Below are positions 1 to 8,947 of a stretch of DNA of 40,586 nucleotides, in pieces. Both the position numbers and the translations under genes were made by a program. This DNA comes from an uncultured bacterium (GTDB lineage Bacteria > CSSED10-310 > CAZUFC01), in contig CAZUFC010000078.1 of the NCBI GenBank assembly GCA_964619725.1, forward strand, positions 1 through 40,586, given 5' to 3'. A model generated the notes under the pieces. That model searched no databases. It was not told the origin of the DNA and saw nothing but the letters and a program-made list of their open reading frames with translations. Each line of letters starts with the position of its first letter. Within the stretch, counting starts at the first letter, position 1.

Positions 1-345
1 AATGATAGCCACGGCGGGCAGGGATTGTTAAGCACGCTTGCCGGAAAGACACAAACTTTCATGCGAAAGTGGTTATGTTGCCACGATTAAAGGCTTTTCT
101 GCAGTGATAGAAGTTGAAATACTGTGTTAAGAAAAGAAGACGTCAATTTAGGAGTTGCTGAGAAGCAATCCGATTGTAATCCGTATTCACCTTAAACGCT
201 GGAAAGGGATAAGAAAAAGTGTTCAGAATCAGCAATCAGCAGTTTTCACTAGCCGAATAATGAATAGTGATGAACCTAAAATGCAAAACAATCAAAAAGG
301 AACGCAAAGGTACTGCGAGAACAGACTGCATCCGGCAACCGGGCA

Positions 346-621
346 TCAAACGAGAATCCCGAATGGAAGGGAATCGTCTCTTATTCCGTTCAAGTCTTCA
401 ATTTTGTTTCTGCATTCATCGCAGAGGAGGTAGTAATGAACGCTGTCTTTTTTACGGTCGACTATTCTTCTCACATCTTTTTTCATGCTTTTGATTTCCG
501 GCTTTTTAAGATCACCGATGAATATGGAATACTGCACTCTCATCCCGTAGCCTTTGAGGCATTTCCTGAGTTTGTTTCTCCTGCTGTCGTCCGTGATGTC
601 ATAAGCGGTTATGATGAACAT
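346..621 (-). CDS. cas2: CRISPR-associated endoribonuclease Cas2
   Basis: 91 aa from the ATG at 621 (SD GGAGG just upstream): MFIITAYDITDDSRRNKLRKCLKGYGMRVQYSIF is the canonical Cas2 YDI...RVQYSVF pattern. Overlaps the cas1 3' end. The ORF-track start at 741 is an in-frame extension. Confidence 0.96.
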   Translation of the reverse strand: MFIITAYDITDDSRRNKLRKCLKGYGMRVQYSIFIGDLKKPEIKSMKKDVRRIVDRKKDSVHYYLLCDECRNKIEDLNGIRDDSLPFGILV

Positions 622-1610
622 GTTCTTTCCTCCCAGATGAAGGGTTTGTATTCTGCCGGATTCTTTTCCAGCGCTCTGGCCAGAGATAATGCCTGTTCGG
701 TCAAAGCTTTTCTGAAGGACCTGTTTTCTTCGTTGCAGCAATCATAAAATTTTGTTTCCATCCAGGCAGCGAATTCCTTGAAAAAAACGGCAATGCCTTC
801 CTCATTAAGCATAACGTCCGGATTTTCATTGAAATGTTTCTTCATTATAACGTTTCGGTTGATCATGGTTACCACGAACGAATCCACCATAATACAGCGG
901 AATTCCTCCATCATATCTGAAGCCAGCGCCGGGTGTCCGCTTCGGAAATCATGCAGATAGCCTCCGTAAGGATCGAGACCTGCTGACTGCACTGCTGAAC
1001 AGGCGTGATTGAACAGGAGAGAATACCCCAGGCTGAGCAGAGCATTGAACCGATCTTGAGGAGGCCTGATGGAGCGGCCTTTGAATTTCCAGGATGATGG
1101 AACAAGTTTTGACAGCAGCTTGAAGTAAAGACCTGCAGTGCGCCCTTCCGCCAGCCGAATCGCGTCCAGGTTTTTGATATTGCCGATCTTTCTATGTCTC
1201 TTTGCCATTGAGGACAGGGCATGATTGGAGATTTTCGCTTGCTTCTGACCGGCAAGGAAAGCTATCTGGTTCAGAATCTTGGCCTCTATGAATTTTTTAG
1301 CCAACCCCAGCCGCACGAAAGGTTTTCCGCGAGCCAGATACTGCGCATAACGGAGGTCGCCCCTACCCGTCATCGCAGGCGACAGCCTGCCGCGAAATCG
1401 TCCCTTGGCGGAAATGAAAGCCGCCTCGATATTTTTTTCCAGCAACAGATCAATCGCACCCATGGTCAATGTCGAAGCCCCGAAAAATATTATCTGCTTC
1501 ACGTAAATGCTGGGAATCTCCCTTAGTGTTTCACCGTTATAACTCACTGCAAGACGCTCGCCCTCCCGCTTCAGCATAGCGCCCTGGGTCGTCACGTATA
1601 GAATGCTCAT
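609..1610 (-). CDS. cas1: CRISPR-associated integrase Cas1
   Basis: LYVTTQGAML start, EGRTAGLYF, PPQDRFNALLSLGYSLL, GLDPYGGYLH and LASDMMEEFR (catalytic E/H/D). ATG at 1610 has AAGGAG 9 nt upstream; alternative start at 1631. Confidence 0.97.
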   Translation of the reverse strand: MSILYVTTQGAMLKREGERLAVSYNGETLREIPSIYVKQIIFFGASTLTMGAIDLLLEKNIEAAFISAKGRFRGRLSPAMTGRGDLRYAQYLARGKPFVRLGLAKKFIEAKILNQIAFLAGQKQAKISNHALSSMAKRHRKIGNIKNLDAIRLAEGRTAGLYFKLLSKLVPSSWKFKGRSIRPPQDRFNALLSLGYSLLFNHACSAVQSAGLDPYGGYLHDFRSGHPALASDMMEEFRCIMVDSFVVTMINRNVIMKKHFNENPDVMLNEEGIAVFFKEFAAWMETKFYDCCNEENRSFRKALTEQALSLARALEKNPAEYKPFIWEERTCSS

Positions 1611-2553
1611 GACCGTTGTCTCCTTTCCCATTTGCCGGTATGAGATTCATGTTTTCAAAAGGATTGGACTCCATTTCCCGGCTGTTTCCTCTTTTCGGTA
1701 TCCCGAAGCGTTTCCCGAGAAACTTGAATCCTTTAGAATAATGAACTATCCGGCTTTTCTTTTTGTTTAACCTGAGACGGAGCCTGAAAAGATTGAATAA
1801 AGCTGCTCTTCTGGCTGCCGCCGCTTTATCTCGACTTTCACACATGATCACGAAATCATCGCAGTAACGGACCAGGTGATAACCGTTCCCTACCATGCGT
1901 AAATCGAAACGATGAAGGTAAATGTTCGACAACAAAGGATTTATTACGGCTCCCTGTATCAAACCAGCGTATCGTCCAGGCAGAAAAGGCATAAAGCTCC
2001 TGACGCCTGTCCGGTGCAAATCGATCCAACTGTTTAGTAACCGAACTACTTTTCGATCAGCAATATCCTCGGCAATAAAACGCTTCATAAGTCTGTGGTC
2101 CACTGAACCGAAATAGTCCTGGATGTCAGCATCCACAACCCATTCAAAACCCCATTTGTACAATCTTTTCACACGCCGGCATGCCGCCTGGACCGAACGT
2201 CCGGGTCGGTAACCGTAATTACAGTTCAGAAAAATGTTCTCGAATTGGGGTAAAAGAACATTCAACGCAGCACGCTGCACTATGCGATCATGAACGTTCG
2301 GAATGCCGAGTTGTCTTTTCTTTCCGTTGCTTGATGTGATTTCGACGAAACGAACAGGACCCGGCTTATACTCTCTTTTTTCCAATTGACGCTGAATAAG
2401 AAACAAATTGTCGCCGATATTCTCCTCATAATCCTGGATCGTTATGCCGTCCGGGCCAGGTACGCCTTTTTTCGCACGAATGAGTTTCCAGGCGCGCATT
2501 AGATTTTCCGGATAATATATTTTCCTGTAGAACCGTTCTTTAAACAAATTCAT
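1537..2553 (-). CDS. CRISPR-associated group II intron-like reverse transcriptase (stand-alone, adjacent to cas1)
   Basis: RT motifs PGPDG, RQLGIPNVHDRIVQ, YGYRPGRS, DADIQDYF, GLIQGAVINPLLSNIYL, RYCDDF and FKFLG. No maturase X or endonuclease domain. SD AGGAGG upstream. Confidence 0.93.
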   Translation of the reverse strand: MNLFKERFYRKIYYPENLMRAWKLIRAKKGVPGPDGITIQDYEENIGDNLFLIQRQLEKREYKPGPVRFVEITSSNGKKRQLGIPNVHDRIVQRAALNVLLPQFENIFLNCNYGYRPGRSVQAACRRVKRLYKWGFEWVVDADIQDYFGSVDHRLMKRFIAEDIADRKVVRLLNSWIDLHRTGVRSFMPFLPGRYAGLIQGAVINPLLSNIYLHRFDLRMVGNGYHLVRYCDDFVIMCESRDKAAAARRAALFNLFRLRLRLNKKKSRIVHYSKGFKFLGKRFGIPKRGNSREMESNPFENMNLIPANGKGDNGHEHSIRDDPGRYAEAGGRASCSEL

Positions 2554-2653
2554 CGTTTACACCTCCTTTCATTTTGTTGTTTATTGATCAGATGAGGGCT
2601 AAAAATCAACGCCGTCATACATTGAAATTTCAGAACTCTTGACATACCCGATT

Positions 2654-2708
2654 CAACCAATTGATTTTAATAGATTTTTACTCTCACTAAATCGGCAAAA
2701 TTATTGTG
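2654..2708 (+). promoter_or_regulatory. IHF-like site plus sigma54-like -24/-12 element (copy A)
   Basis: 2654-2666 reads AATCAATTGGTTG on the minus strand (matches WATCAANNNNTTR). TCGGCA-AAATTA-TTGTG lies at 2692-2708 (GG-N10-GT). Same architecture as 8948-9002. Confidence 0.5.
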
Positions 2709-2912
2709 AAATATTTTTGGATTTCACGACAAGCAATATTGATATGATTTGAACCGTGATCCGTTTTCATCAAAAAAATTCACAATTCTTTTCAGGCACA
2801 TTGTCAGGAGCTCAGAATTTAGGCATTGATCAAAAATAAGTCTTTTGACGACACAATTCGGCAGAATATAACATCATCTTGTTTGATTGCGCTTGCGAAT
2901 TCGATAACGACA

Positions 2913-3095
2913 CCGATTACTGAAACAAACTGTCAAAAGTTTTCAAACAAGTGTAACCCCGATTTGATCAGTCCCGAAAAAACCGATACGTTTAAGTCCA
3001 TGCTTCGTCGCCAGCGACTCGCATCGACATAAGCGCATCTTTCCCATTTGCTGATGGAGACTTCACTCAGCCAATTTTTTTTGCAGGCATAAACT
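2913..3095. repeat. Dispersed intergenic repeat, copy 1 (~185 bp)
   Basis: Begins CCGATTACTGAAACAAACTGTCAAAAGT and contains AGCGACTCGCATCGACAT and TTCACTCAGCCAATTTTTTT. Colinear with 8439-8623; the 5' part also occurs at 4463-4526. Confidence 0.85.
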
Positions 3096-3121
3096 GTCGG
3101 CCAGGTTTTATCAGTCCCGTA

Positions 3122-3850
3122 TTATTCAATGCTTCTGTGCTGGTTCTGCACTTCCTTAAACGATATTTCCCCAAGAGCTCCTATATTGCTATGGAGTTGT
3201 GAGAGTTTGTTCCTTATAAGTTCCATTCGGGATTCTATATCATCCAGGCAAATTGTTTCCGATTCGATATGCACATCCGATTCTGAATCCGCAGGATTTT
3301 CTTCCCGATTTTTCGGGTCTAAAACACCTCCTATTTCATCCATTGCACCCTTTCCTGACATACCGGAATCATCACTCGCTTCATGCATTTCCCCTTTCCT
3401 GCGGGCAGGTTCTTTTATCGAGTTTTCGTTTCCCTCATGACATGAATCATCCTCCGAATCTATTCCCCTGCTTTCTTCGGAAACATCTTCAACATCCGCC
3501 TTGCAGTCTGTTGCGCCTTCAGTCGCTTCAAAATCATGAAGGCAATCCTCAAGAGATTGTGTGTAGCGGGATTCCATGGATTCGCTTTTGCGGCTCAGAC
3601 TCATATAAATTAGAAGAGCCTGTCTGAATGCATCATCAGAAGATTGTTCCGGCATTACCGGCGTTTCAGTTCTTAACGGTACAGGACTTTCAAATTTTTC
3701 GGTAATCTCTTTATCTGGTGATTCCTTCTCTGTCCCCATCAACTGGTCGAGCAATCCAAAAACTTCTTCTGGATTGTACTCCGTTTCCTGTCCGAAAATC
3801 GGCGTTAACGAAATAAACAGAAAACATGCCCAACATATTAACGTTTTCAT
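3122..3850 (-). CDS. Hypothetical exported acidic protein with C-terminal coiled coil
   Basis: 242 aa, SD AAGGAGG, signal-peptide-like MKTLICWACFLFISLTPIFG, D/E-rich middle, heptad-like C-terminus (IESRMELIRNKLSQLHSNIGAL). Confidence 0.75.
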   Translation of the reverse strand: MKTLICWACFLFISLTPIFGQETEYNPEEVFGLLDQLMGTEKESPDKEITEKFESPVPLRTETPVMPEQSSDDAFRQALLIYMSLSRKSESMESRYTQSLEDCLHDFEATEGATDCKADVEDVSEESRGIDSEDDSCHEGNENSIKEPARRKGEMHEASDDSGMSGKGAMDEIGGVLDPKNREENPADSESDVHIESETICLDDIESRMELIRNKLSQLHSNIGALGEISFKEVQNQHRSIE

Positions 3851-4181
3851 CTTTACCTCCTTGATAAAGTTGCATACATCCGCTGCGGATCATCCGCATA
3901 ATCCGGAAATGATCAAACAGCAGTAAGACTTTTTGCCGACAGAAAAATCAACTGAGTGAAATCCCCATTAAAACTGACAATTTCTCACTCTTGACGAAAT
4001 AACTTGCTGACTCTCGGTTTCCCCTTTAAATGCAATTGCTTGGAATGCCGGTTAAACGTGAGTGGATTGTTTGATAATTGGGCATTGATCAAAAATGATT
4101 CTTTTTTAGTTGCAATTCTACAGAATATCCTATCTTTTTGTTTCGATTTCGATCCCGATTGCGATCCCAATACCGCTAACT

Positions 4182-4447
4182 AGTGACTGTCCAGCATTAA
4201 ATTTTGAATCGACAATCGAGTTTATGGACAGGCACTAACTAGTTTTTGTCCATAAACGGCGAATTTCCCCCAATGATGCGTCAGGCTACGGATTGGCTTA
4301 GTCAACGTATAAGCAATCCCCCTACTTCGCAAATCCCTGCCTTCCTTGCCTTAAGAAAAATTCGCCCGTTTATGGATCAAAAACCGCAGTGACTGTCCAG
4401 CATTAAAATTTGAATCGACAATCGAGTTTATGGACAGGCACTAACTA
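4182..4447. repeat. Composite palindromic REP/MITE-like element
   Basis: Two ~60-bp direct repeats (4182-4241 and 4388-4447; AGTGACTGTCCA...TGGACAGGCACT, each self-complementary) flank an inner unit with inverted ends GTTTTTGTCCATAAACGGCGAATTT...AAATTCGCCCGTTTATGGATCAAAAAC. Confidence 0.8.
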
Positions 4448-4462
4448 ACCCGATACAGACCC

Positions 4463-4526
4463 CGATTACTGAAACAAACTGTCAAAAGTTTTGAAAGAAG
4501 TGTCATCCCGGTTTGATCAGTCCGAA
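4463..4526. repeat. Dispersed intergenic repeat, copy 2 (partial)
   Basis: CCGATTACTGAAACAAACTGTCAAAAGTTTT is identical to 2913-2943, and similarity continues to TTTGATCAGTCC. Confidence 0.85.
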
Positions 4527-4671
4527 AGAAACGGCGCTCGATGAAAAAACACCGGTGAGTTCGTTAAACAGAAAGATGAGGAAAAGGGTTGTTTTCTTAA
4601 TGGGGATTTCAATCACTCAAATATTTTATGAATAAGTGTAACCCCGGTTTGAACATTGACTGCGTTTTAAC

Positions 4672-5016
4672 TCAGAATGTGCTGTATCTTTTCAGTTCGC
4701 GTATCACTGGTGACTTATGTTTGTCTGCAGCCGGAAGCGCTTCCGCCCAGATAATGACATACGAACCTTTCTCCGGCGCGCCCTTGTCGGTTACTGCCAA
4801 GGCATAACCTGTCGGGTCCTGAATCAGGTAAGCCTCATTGAGGCTTTCATCCCTCTGAAATGACGCCTTAACTCTCCCCACGAGAATAACGGTTTGACCG
4901 GCTTCTATGCGGCCCTCCATTAATTCGCCTATCTCATCGAAAAACGTTATGTATACGGCTGAAGCCGCAATTATCGTTAATCCTATGAAACAGGCAAACT
5001 TAAACAAATTTTTCAT
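4672..5016 (-). CDS. Membrane-anchored small OB-fold-like protein
   Basis: 114 aa, SD AAGGAGG, N-terminal TM helix. GQTVILVGRV...YLIQDPTGYALAV resembles the OB-fold (BOF/YgiW-like) pattern. Confidence 0.7.
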   Translation of the reverse strand: MKNLFKFACFIGLTIIAASAVYITFFDEIGELMEGRIEAGQTVILVGRVKASFQRDESLNEAYLIQDPTGYALAVTDKGAPEKGSYVIIWAEALPAADKHKSPVIRELKRYSTF

Positions 5017-5124
5017 TTGTTCCTCCTTGTTTTTTGTTTAGATGCAAATACAGACTGAGGATTTGATCAGTCAGCGTATAGCCGGTCCGCCTACGCCAAT
5101 GCGTCAGCGGGGCAGGTTGCGCAT

Positions 5125-5246
5125 CCTTCACAAATACTCGCCTTCCTTGACTTAAGAAAAAATCATCGTGCGTCGCGGGATGGATCAGAAACCGCAGCAC
5201 ATGGCGGGCATCGAAATTTGAATCTGGACTCGAATTTATGCACAGA
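5125..5246. repeat. Degenerate copy of the 4182-4447 REP/MITE-like element
   Basis: Shares GCCTTCCTTGnCTTAAGAAAAA, ATGGATCAnAAACCGCAG and AAATTTGAATC...TTTATGnACAG with 4325-4437. Confidence 0.7.
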
Positions 5247-5257
5247 CGTTTGTTAAT

Positions 5258-6145
5258 TCATTCAGAAATATTGTCATTTAAGACCACTCTATCAACAATA
5301 AAGGCTATTTTGTCTGAAGATGATATCTCAAAATGCCCCTCCGTCGATTCAATGTCCGACAAGGAAATACCCATCTTTAAAGCGGCTGATTTCTGTGCCT
5401 TTAGTATCGCTCTGTCCAGGGCATGAGATACGTAAATGCTGCAGTCGATTTTTGAGAAATCTTCTCCGTATTTATTTCGCAAGAAATCAGTAATGGACCT
5501 GGTATAACTGCATTCCGGCAATGGTATGACGCGTTCGGCAGCATATTTGATGAGTTTCTGCTCGTCAATTAAAGCGAAATCCCGGGGAGCCGCAACAGGG
5601 TCCTTCATGAGGAATGTGTGATTTTCCGAAGCCTTCTGCATCTCAGCAATTAATACCACCTGGCCGGTATTCAGCAATTTGTGTATCTCATCCGTACTCT
5701 TGAATGAAACAGCGTAGGAGGCAACCATTTGACCTTCTGAATCTTCCTTTTCCGCCTCAGGGGCTTCCCTGTTGTCGGCATCAGATGACTGATCGCCGTC
5801 AATTTCTGTCTCCTTTGCCGTCACATCGTCATTTGCTTCGGAAAAAGATTCCGAATCCTCGAAATCACCTTCAATATCAGTTAGTTCATTCAATCTGCCG
5901 GATTCCTGGTTTTGTCGCACCTCTCCGCCGACAGGTTCAACGCCGCCGTAATCAATGGGATTGATTATGTCGACATCGGTTATTTCTTTTTCAGGAGGAA
6001 GCGACTTTTCCGTAACTAAAACGGATAAAATGCAGGAATCGGGTGGAGACGAATCACGGTTCAATAAAATGAAAGCGCCCGCCAGATGAAAAAGACACGA
6101 CAACAATATCCATTTCTTATGTCCATTCGGATGCATTTTACTCAC
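5258..6145 (-). CDS. TonB/TolA-like single-pass membrane protein
   Basis: N-terminal TM helix with S-x3-H motif (LLSCLFHLAGAFILL), acidic flexible linker and globular C-terminal domain. Overlaps the exbD-like stop. Confidence 0.65.
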   Translation of the reverse strand: MSKMHPNGHKKWILLSCLFHLAGAFILLNRDSSPPDSCILSVLVTEKSLPPEKEITDVDIINPIDYGGVEPVGGEVRQNQESGRLNELTDIEGDFEDSESFSEANDDVTAKETEIDGDQSSDADNREAPEAEKEDSEGQMVASYAVSFKSTDEIHKLLNTGQVVLIAEMQKASENHTFLMKDPVAAPRDFALIDEQKLIKYAAERVIPLPECSYTRSITDFLRNKYGEDFSKIDCSIYVSHALDRAILKAQKSAALKMGISLSDIESTEGHFEISSSDKIAFIVDRVVLNDNISE

Positions 6146-6572
6146 CTCCGTTCCGTATGCGCGTCAATTCATATATTTCCGTTATGCCATGCTCCTGCAT
6201 GATCTGCTTCAGCATTATAGATACGCCGTAAGGTGCATTTTTATGCCCTGCCAGTATCACACGCGGAACTTTAGTCGCCTCTTCAGAATCCGAATTCTTT
6301 AATGTTTCCAGTCGCTTTCCGATCTTGTCCAACTCCAGATGTTCGTCATTCCACCAGAAATTCTCTGCATCAAACGACAAAACCGTCGTATCCTTCGAGT
6401 TTACTGAAGCGCCCTTGCCTGACGATTCCGGCAAATGCGTCGTTACTGCCGTGTAAAGCGTTGGGGTGATCATTAGAACAAGCGTTATCAACATTATTAT
6501 GTCGATCATGTTGGTCAGATCGACCCATTCCTCGGAAGTTTCCCGGCCTGGGCGAATCTTTAATCCGTTCAT
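6138..6572 (-). CDS. exbD: ExbD/TolR family biopolymer transport protein
   Basis: VDLTNMIDIIMLITLVLMITP with the conserved TM Asp, then HLPES and VILAGHKNAPYG (cf. ADKxxxYG). SD AGGAGG. Confidence 0.88.
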   Translation of the reverse strand: MNGLKIRPGRETSEEWVDLTNMIDIIMLITLVLMITPTLYTAVTTHLPESSGKGASVNSKDTTVLSFDAENFWWNDEHLELDKIGKRLETLKNSDSEEATKVPRVILAGHKNAPYGVSIMLKQIMQEHGITEIYELTRIRNGGE

Positions 6573-7218
6573 TTTTTCCTCCTTTATTTTTTTCCTTCAA
6601 ATAGGTCGAATAATGCAGCAGCAAAGAATCCATTAGACTTTTCGCCTGCTCAAGCCTCTGCTCGATCAAGAAACGCGTTGCCGCAACCGCTGTTAACGCC
6701 GTCATAACGCCGAACAAAGTAGTGGTCAACGCCGTCTCAAAACCCGCAATAATTCCCGAATTGCCTGACGGACTGCCGGCATAAACCTTCAATGCTTCCT
6801 GAACCCCCACCAGTGTCCCCGCCAATCCAGTCAATGTCGCTGTCCTCGCCAGAATCCCTCCAACTCGAACCCTTCCTGCATCCAGTAAGTCGTAGATGCT
6901 CCGTGCCTTTAAATAAGCTCCTTCTAACGAAGGCTCTTTTTCAATAATAAAACGGGCAAGCTGATCAATTATGGAATCATTCCTCTTCAAAGTTCTTAGA
7001 TCAATGCTGGTCGGCATGCCAGGCTTTTCAGCAGTCGAAAATTTTGAGCTTAAAAAAACAAGATTCTGCTCTGATGCAGAAAGATTACGTTTCATCCTCA
7101 GATAAAACGAAAAACCGGAGAAAAATAAACTGACCGCCCAAAGGCTTTGCAAAACAAGAAAACACCAGATAACCTCTCTCACGCCCAAATGCTCCAATAT
7201 TTTAAATGCCCATGACAT
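6370..7218 (-). CDS. exbB: MotA/TolQ/ExbB proton channel family protein
   Basis: ATLTGLAGTLVGV (cf. GLxGTVxG) and AGFETALTTTLFG (cf. GIxxALxxTAxG); three TM segments. The conserved part ends near 6570, and the last ~67 codons overlap exbD. Confidence 0.88.
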   Translation of the reverse strand: MSWAFKILEHLGVREVIWCFLVLQSLWAVSLFFSGFSFYLRMKRNLSASEQNLVFLSSKFSTAEKPGMPTSIDLRTLKRNDSIIDQLARFIIEKEPSLEGAYLKARSIYDLLDAGRVRVGGILARTATLTGLAGTLVGVQEALKVYAGSPSGNSGIIAGFETALTTTLFGVMTALTAVAATRFLIEQRLEQAKSLMDSLLLHYSTYLKEKNKGGKNERIKDSPRPGNFRGMGRSDQHDRHNNVDNACSNDHPNALHGSNDAFAGIVRQGRFSKLEGYDGFVV

Positions 7219-7319
7219 AATTTAACCTCCTCATTTTCGGGTGCGCATAACCGATAAAAGAGATACAAAGGTCTCAATAATGAGCCTTTTTACTCTTTCA
7301 TTGCAATGCTGAATCGGCC

Positions 7320-7358
7320 GGCCGCCGATACGGGCAGAAAGTCCCATACCGGCGGTCG
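7320..7358 (-). other. GC-rich intergenic stem-loop
   Basis: Minus strand CCGCCGGTATGGG-ACTTTCTG-CCCGTATCGGCGG forms a 13-bp stem with G-U pairs. There is no U-tract, so it is not a classic intrinsic terminator. Confidence 0.55.
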
Positions 7359-7450
7359 CCTTTGATGCGATGCCTCCTTTCATAAATGCTTAATCAGTCA
7401 AAAAACAGAACTGCTCGAAATAGGCTATATCATTGAAAAAATGAAAAGCC

Positions 7451-8212
7451 TTAATTCGCGTTAAAAAGGATCACTGTATAGCCGATATAACCGCCGCGAT
7501 ATGGATTTATCTTGATCCTCCAGCGACGCCTGTTGCAGCTCCCGTTGGAATCGTAAACAGTGTCGAGACCGTGAGTAGAAATCGACTGATAACGAAAAAC
7601 ATAACGGGAGCCGTTCCAGACCCACAAATAAACATCCGGGTCCGCATTTGAATTCCTCGCCGGTCCCGTCGTCGCAGTGATCATGTCGGATCGAGGATAA
7701 ATATAAAAATAACTCCCGCTGCTCCTGTATGTCCGGCGCACATAACGATAGGCAGACCGTGAACAGGAAGATCGTGAATCATCCTCATCCGATGCAATGG
7801 TCACACCCCACAAAAGCTCTTCATCAGGATCATATTCCCACAGCGTCGTCGTTGCCGTCACTCCGACGCCAGAGTATTCATCCTTCGCCGCATATTCATC
7901 GTCTCGCTCAATCACTGTCGATTCAATATAATCACTGATTATCAGCTCCAGGTCATCCCGCTCCCGCGCTGAATATAAAGTCGCTTCACCATAAAAATCC
8001 GCTTCTGAACCGGGCAAAGTGAAATCAACGCAAACCTCATGACTCGCCAGTATCCAGGACCATTCCCCGTCAAACTCATCCAATTGCACTCTGGATGCCT
8101 CCAGGTCAGCAGCGATCGCCGACCCCCAAAAAACCGATACTAAAGCAAAAATGACCATAGTCGCTCTCAATTGAGCCCTCCCTGAAAAAGTTGATAAGTT
8201 AATCCTAAACAA
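7451..8212 (-). CDS. Putative secreted protein with C-terminal PPC-like beta domain
   Basis: Signal-peptide-like VIFALVSVFWGSAIAA. C-terminal ADPDVYLW...SISTHGLDTV...WRIKINPYRGGYIGYTV resembles pre-peptidase C-terminal domains. Start uncertain (TTG 8212 or ATG 8158). Confidence 0.65.
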   Translation of the reverse strand: MFRINLSTFSGRAQLRATMVIFALVSVFWGSAIAADLEASRVQLDEFDGEWSWILASHEVCVDFTLPGSEADFYGEATLYSARERDDLELIISDYIESTVIERDDEYAAKDEYSGVGVTATTTLWEYDPDEELLWGVTIASDEDDSRSSCSRSAYRYVRRTYRSSGSYFYIYPRSDMITATTGPARNSNADPDVYLWVWNGSRYVFRYQSISTHGLDTVYDSNGSCNRRRWRIKINPYRGGYIGYTVILFNAN

Positions 8213-8438
8213 AAACAGAGAAAAAAACTGATATCACCTCCTTTCTTCTGAAAAAGGCACGAAACATACGAGAATCCTGTTTAATCACTCCGAATATAGT
8301 TAAATAACTTCTTTGCAAAATAATTTAAACTATTGTAAAATAAGACAATAATTAGAAATGCATCTTTTGAGGTTACACTTCAATAGAGTATCCTATCATT
8401 TTTCGATTTCGAGTGCTAAGCTGATCCAGATAGCGCCC

Positions 8439-8623
8439 CCGATTACTGAAACAAACTGCCAAAAGTCTTTAAAAAACCAACCCCCCGTTTAATCGGTCCC
8501 AGAACAACAACCCCCGATAGGCTAATGTCCCTACTTCGTCACGAGCGACTCGCATCGACATATGCTTCTCTGTCCCCTTTACTGATTGGGATTTCACTCA
8601 GTCAATTTTTTTGCCGACAAAAA
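8439..8623. repeat. Dispersed intergenic repeat, copy 3 (~185 bp)
   Basis: Colinear with 2913-3095 (CCGATTACTGAAACAAACTG, AGCGACTCGCATCGACAT, TTCACTCAGTCAATTTTTTT). Confidence 0.85.
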
Positions 8624-8947
8624 GTAGTACCCATGTTTGATAAGTCCCAAAATATGCCTATAATGGTTGAAGAGAAAAACATCACCGAACAATTTCATTT
8701 AAGGCCGAACTTCACATATCCTGACATTGATCGATAAAAAATTGCGAAATATTTGACGAAAATCCAGCAATCGATCAAAAAAATCAAGTAAAACAAAGTC
8801 CCCCCGCTTGCGGGTCCGTTAATTTAATCGAAAACGGAATCCGTTCCAATTATTATGTTTTCTTTTATAATCTTTTCTCAGCAAGGTTCGTTTCAAAGTT
8901 CGATTAAATTAACGCTCTCCTGCCGGATATAAGGGGGCTAAAAACTG

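Noticed and set aside
155-494. + strand ORFs at the left edge
   Set aside because: They overlap cas2 in antisense and have no recognisable features.
1537-2553. RT as a mobile group II intron, retron or DGR
   Set aside because: No maturase or endonuclease domain, no recognisable intron domain V or template/variable repeat pair, and it is directly coupled to cas1.
2913-2943. TTGACA in the dispersed repeat (minus strand) as a sigma70 -35 element
   Set aside because: No -10 hexamer at 16-18 nt, and copy 3 reads TTGGCA.
5000-5200. 66-aa ORF, and similarly 2826-3032, 3985-4170 and 8525-8737
   Set aside because: They overlap intergenic repeat elements, and lack convincing RBS or protein-like features.
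5258-7218. Zorya (ZorAB) system
   Set aside because: The second gene is ExbD-like without an OmpA/MotB peptidoglycan-binding domain, there is no long ZorA tail, and no zorC/D/E are present.
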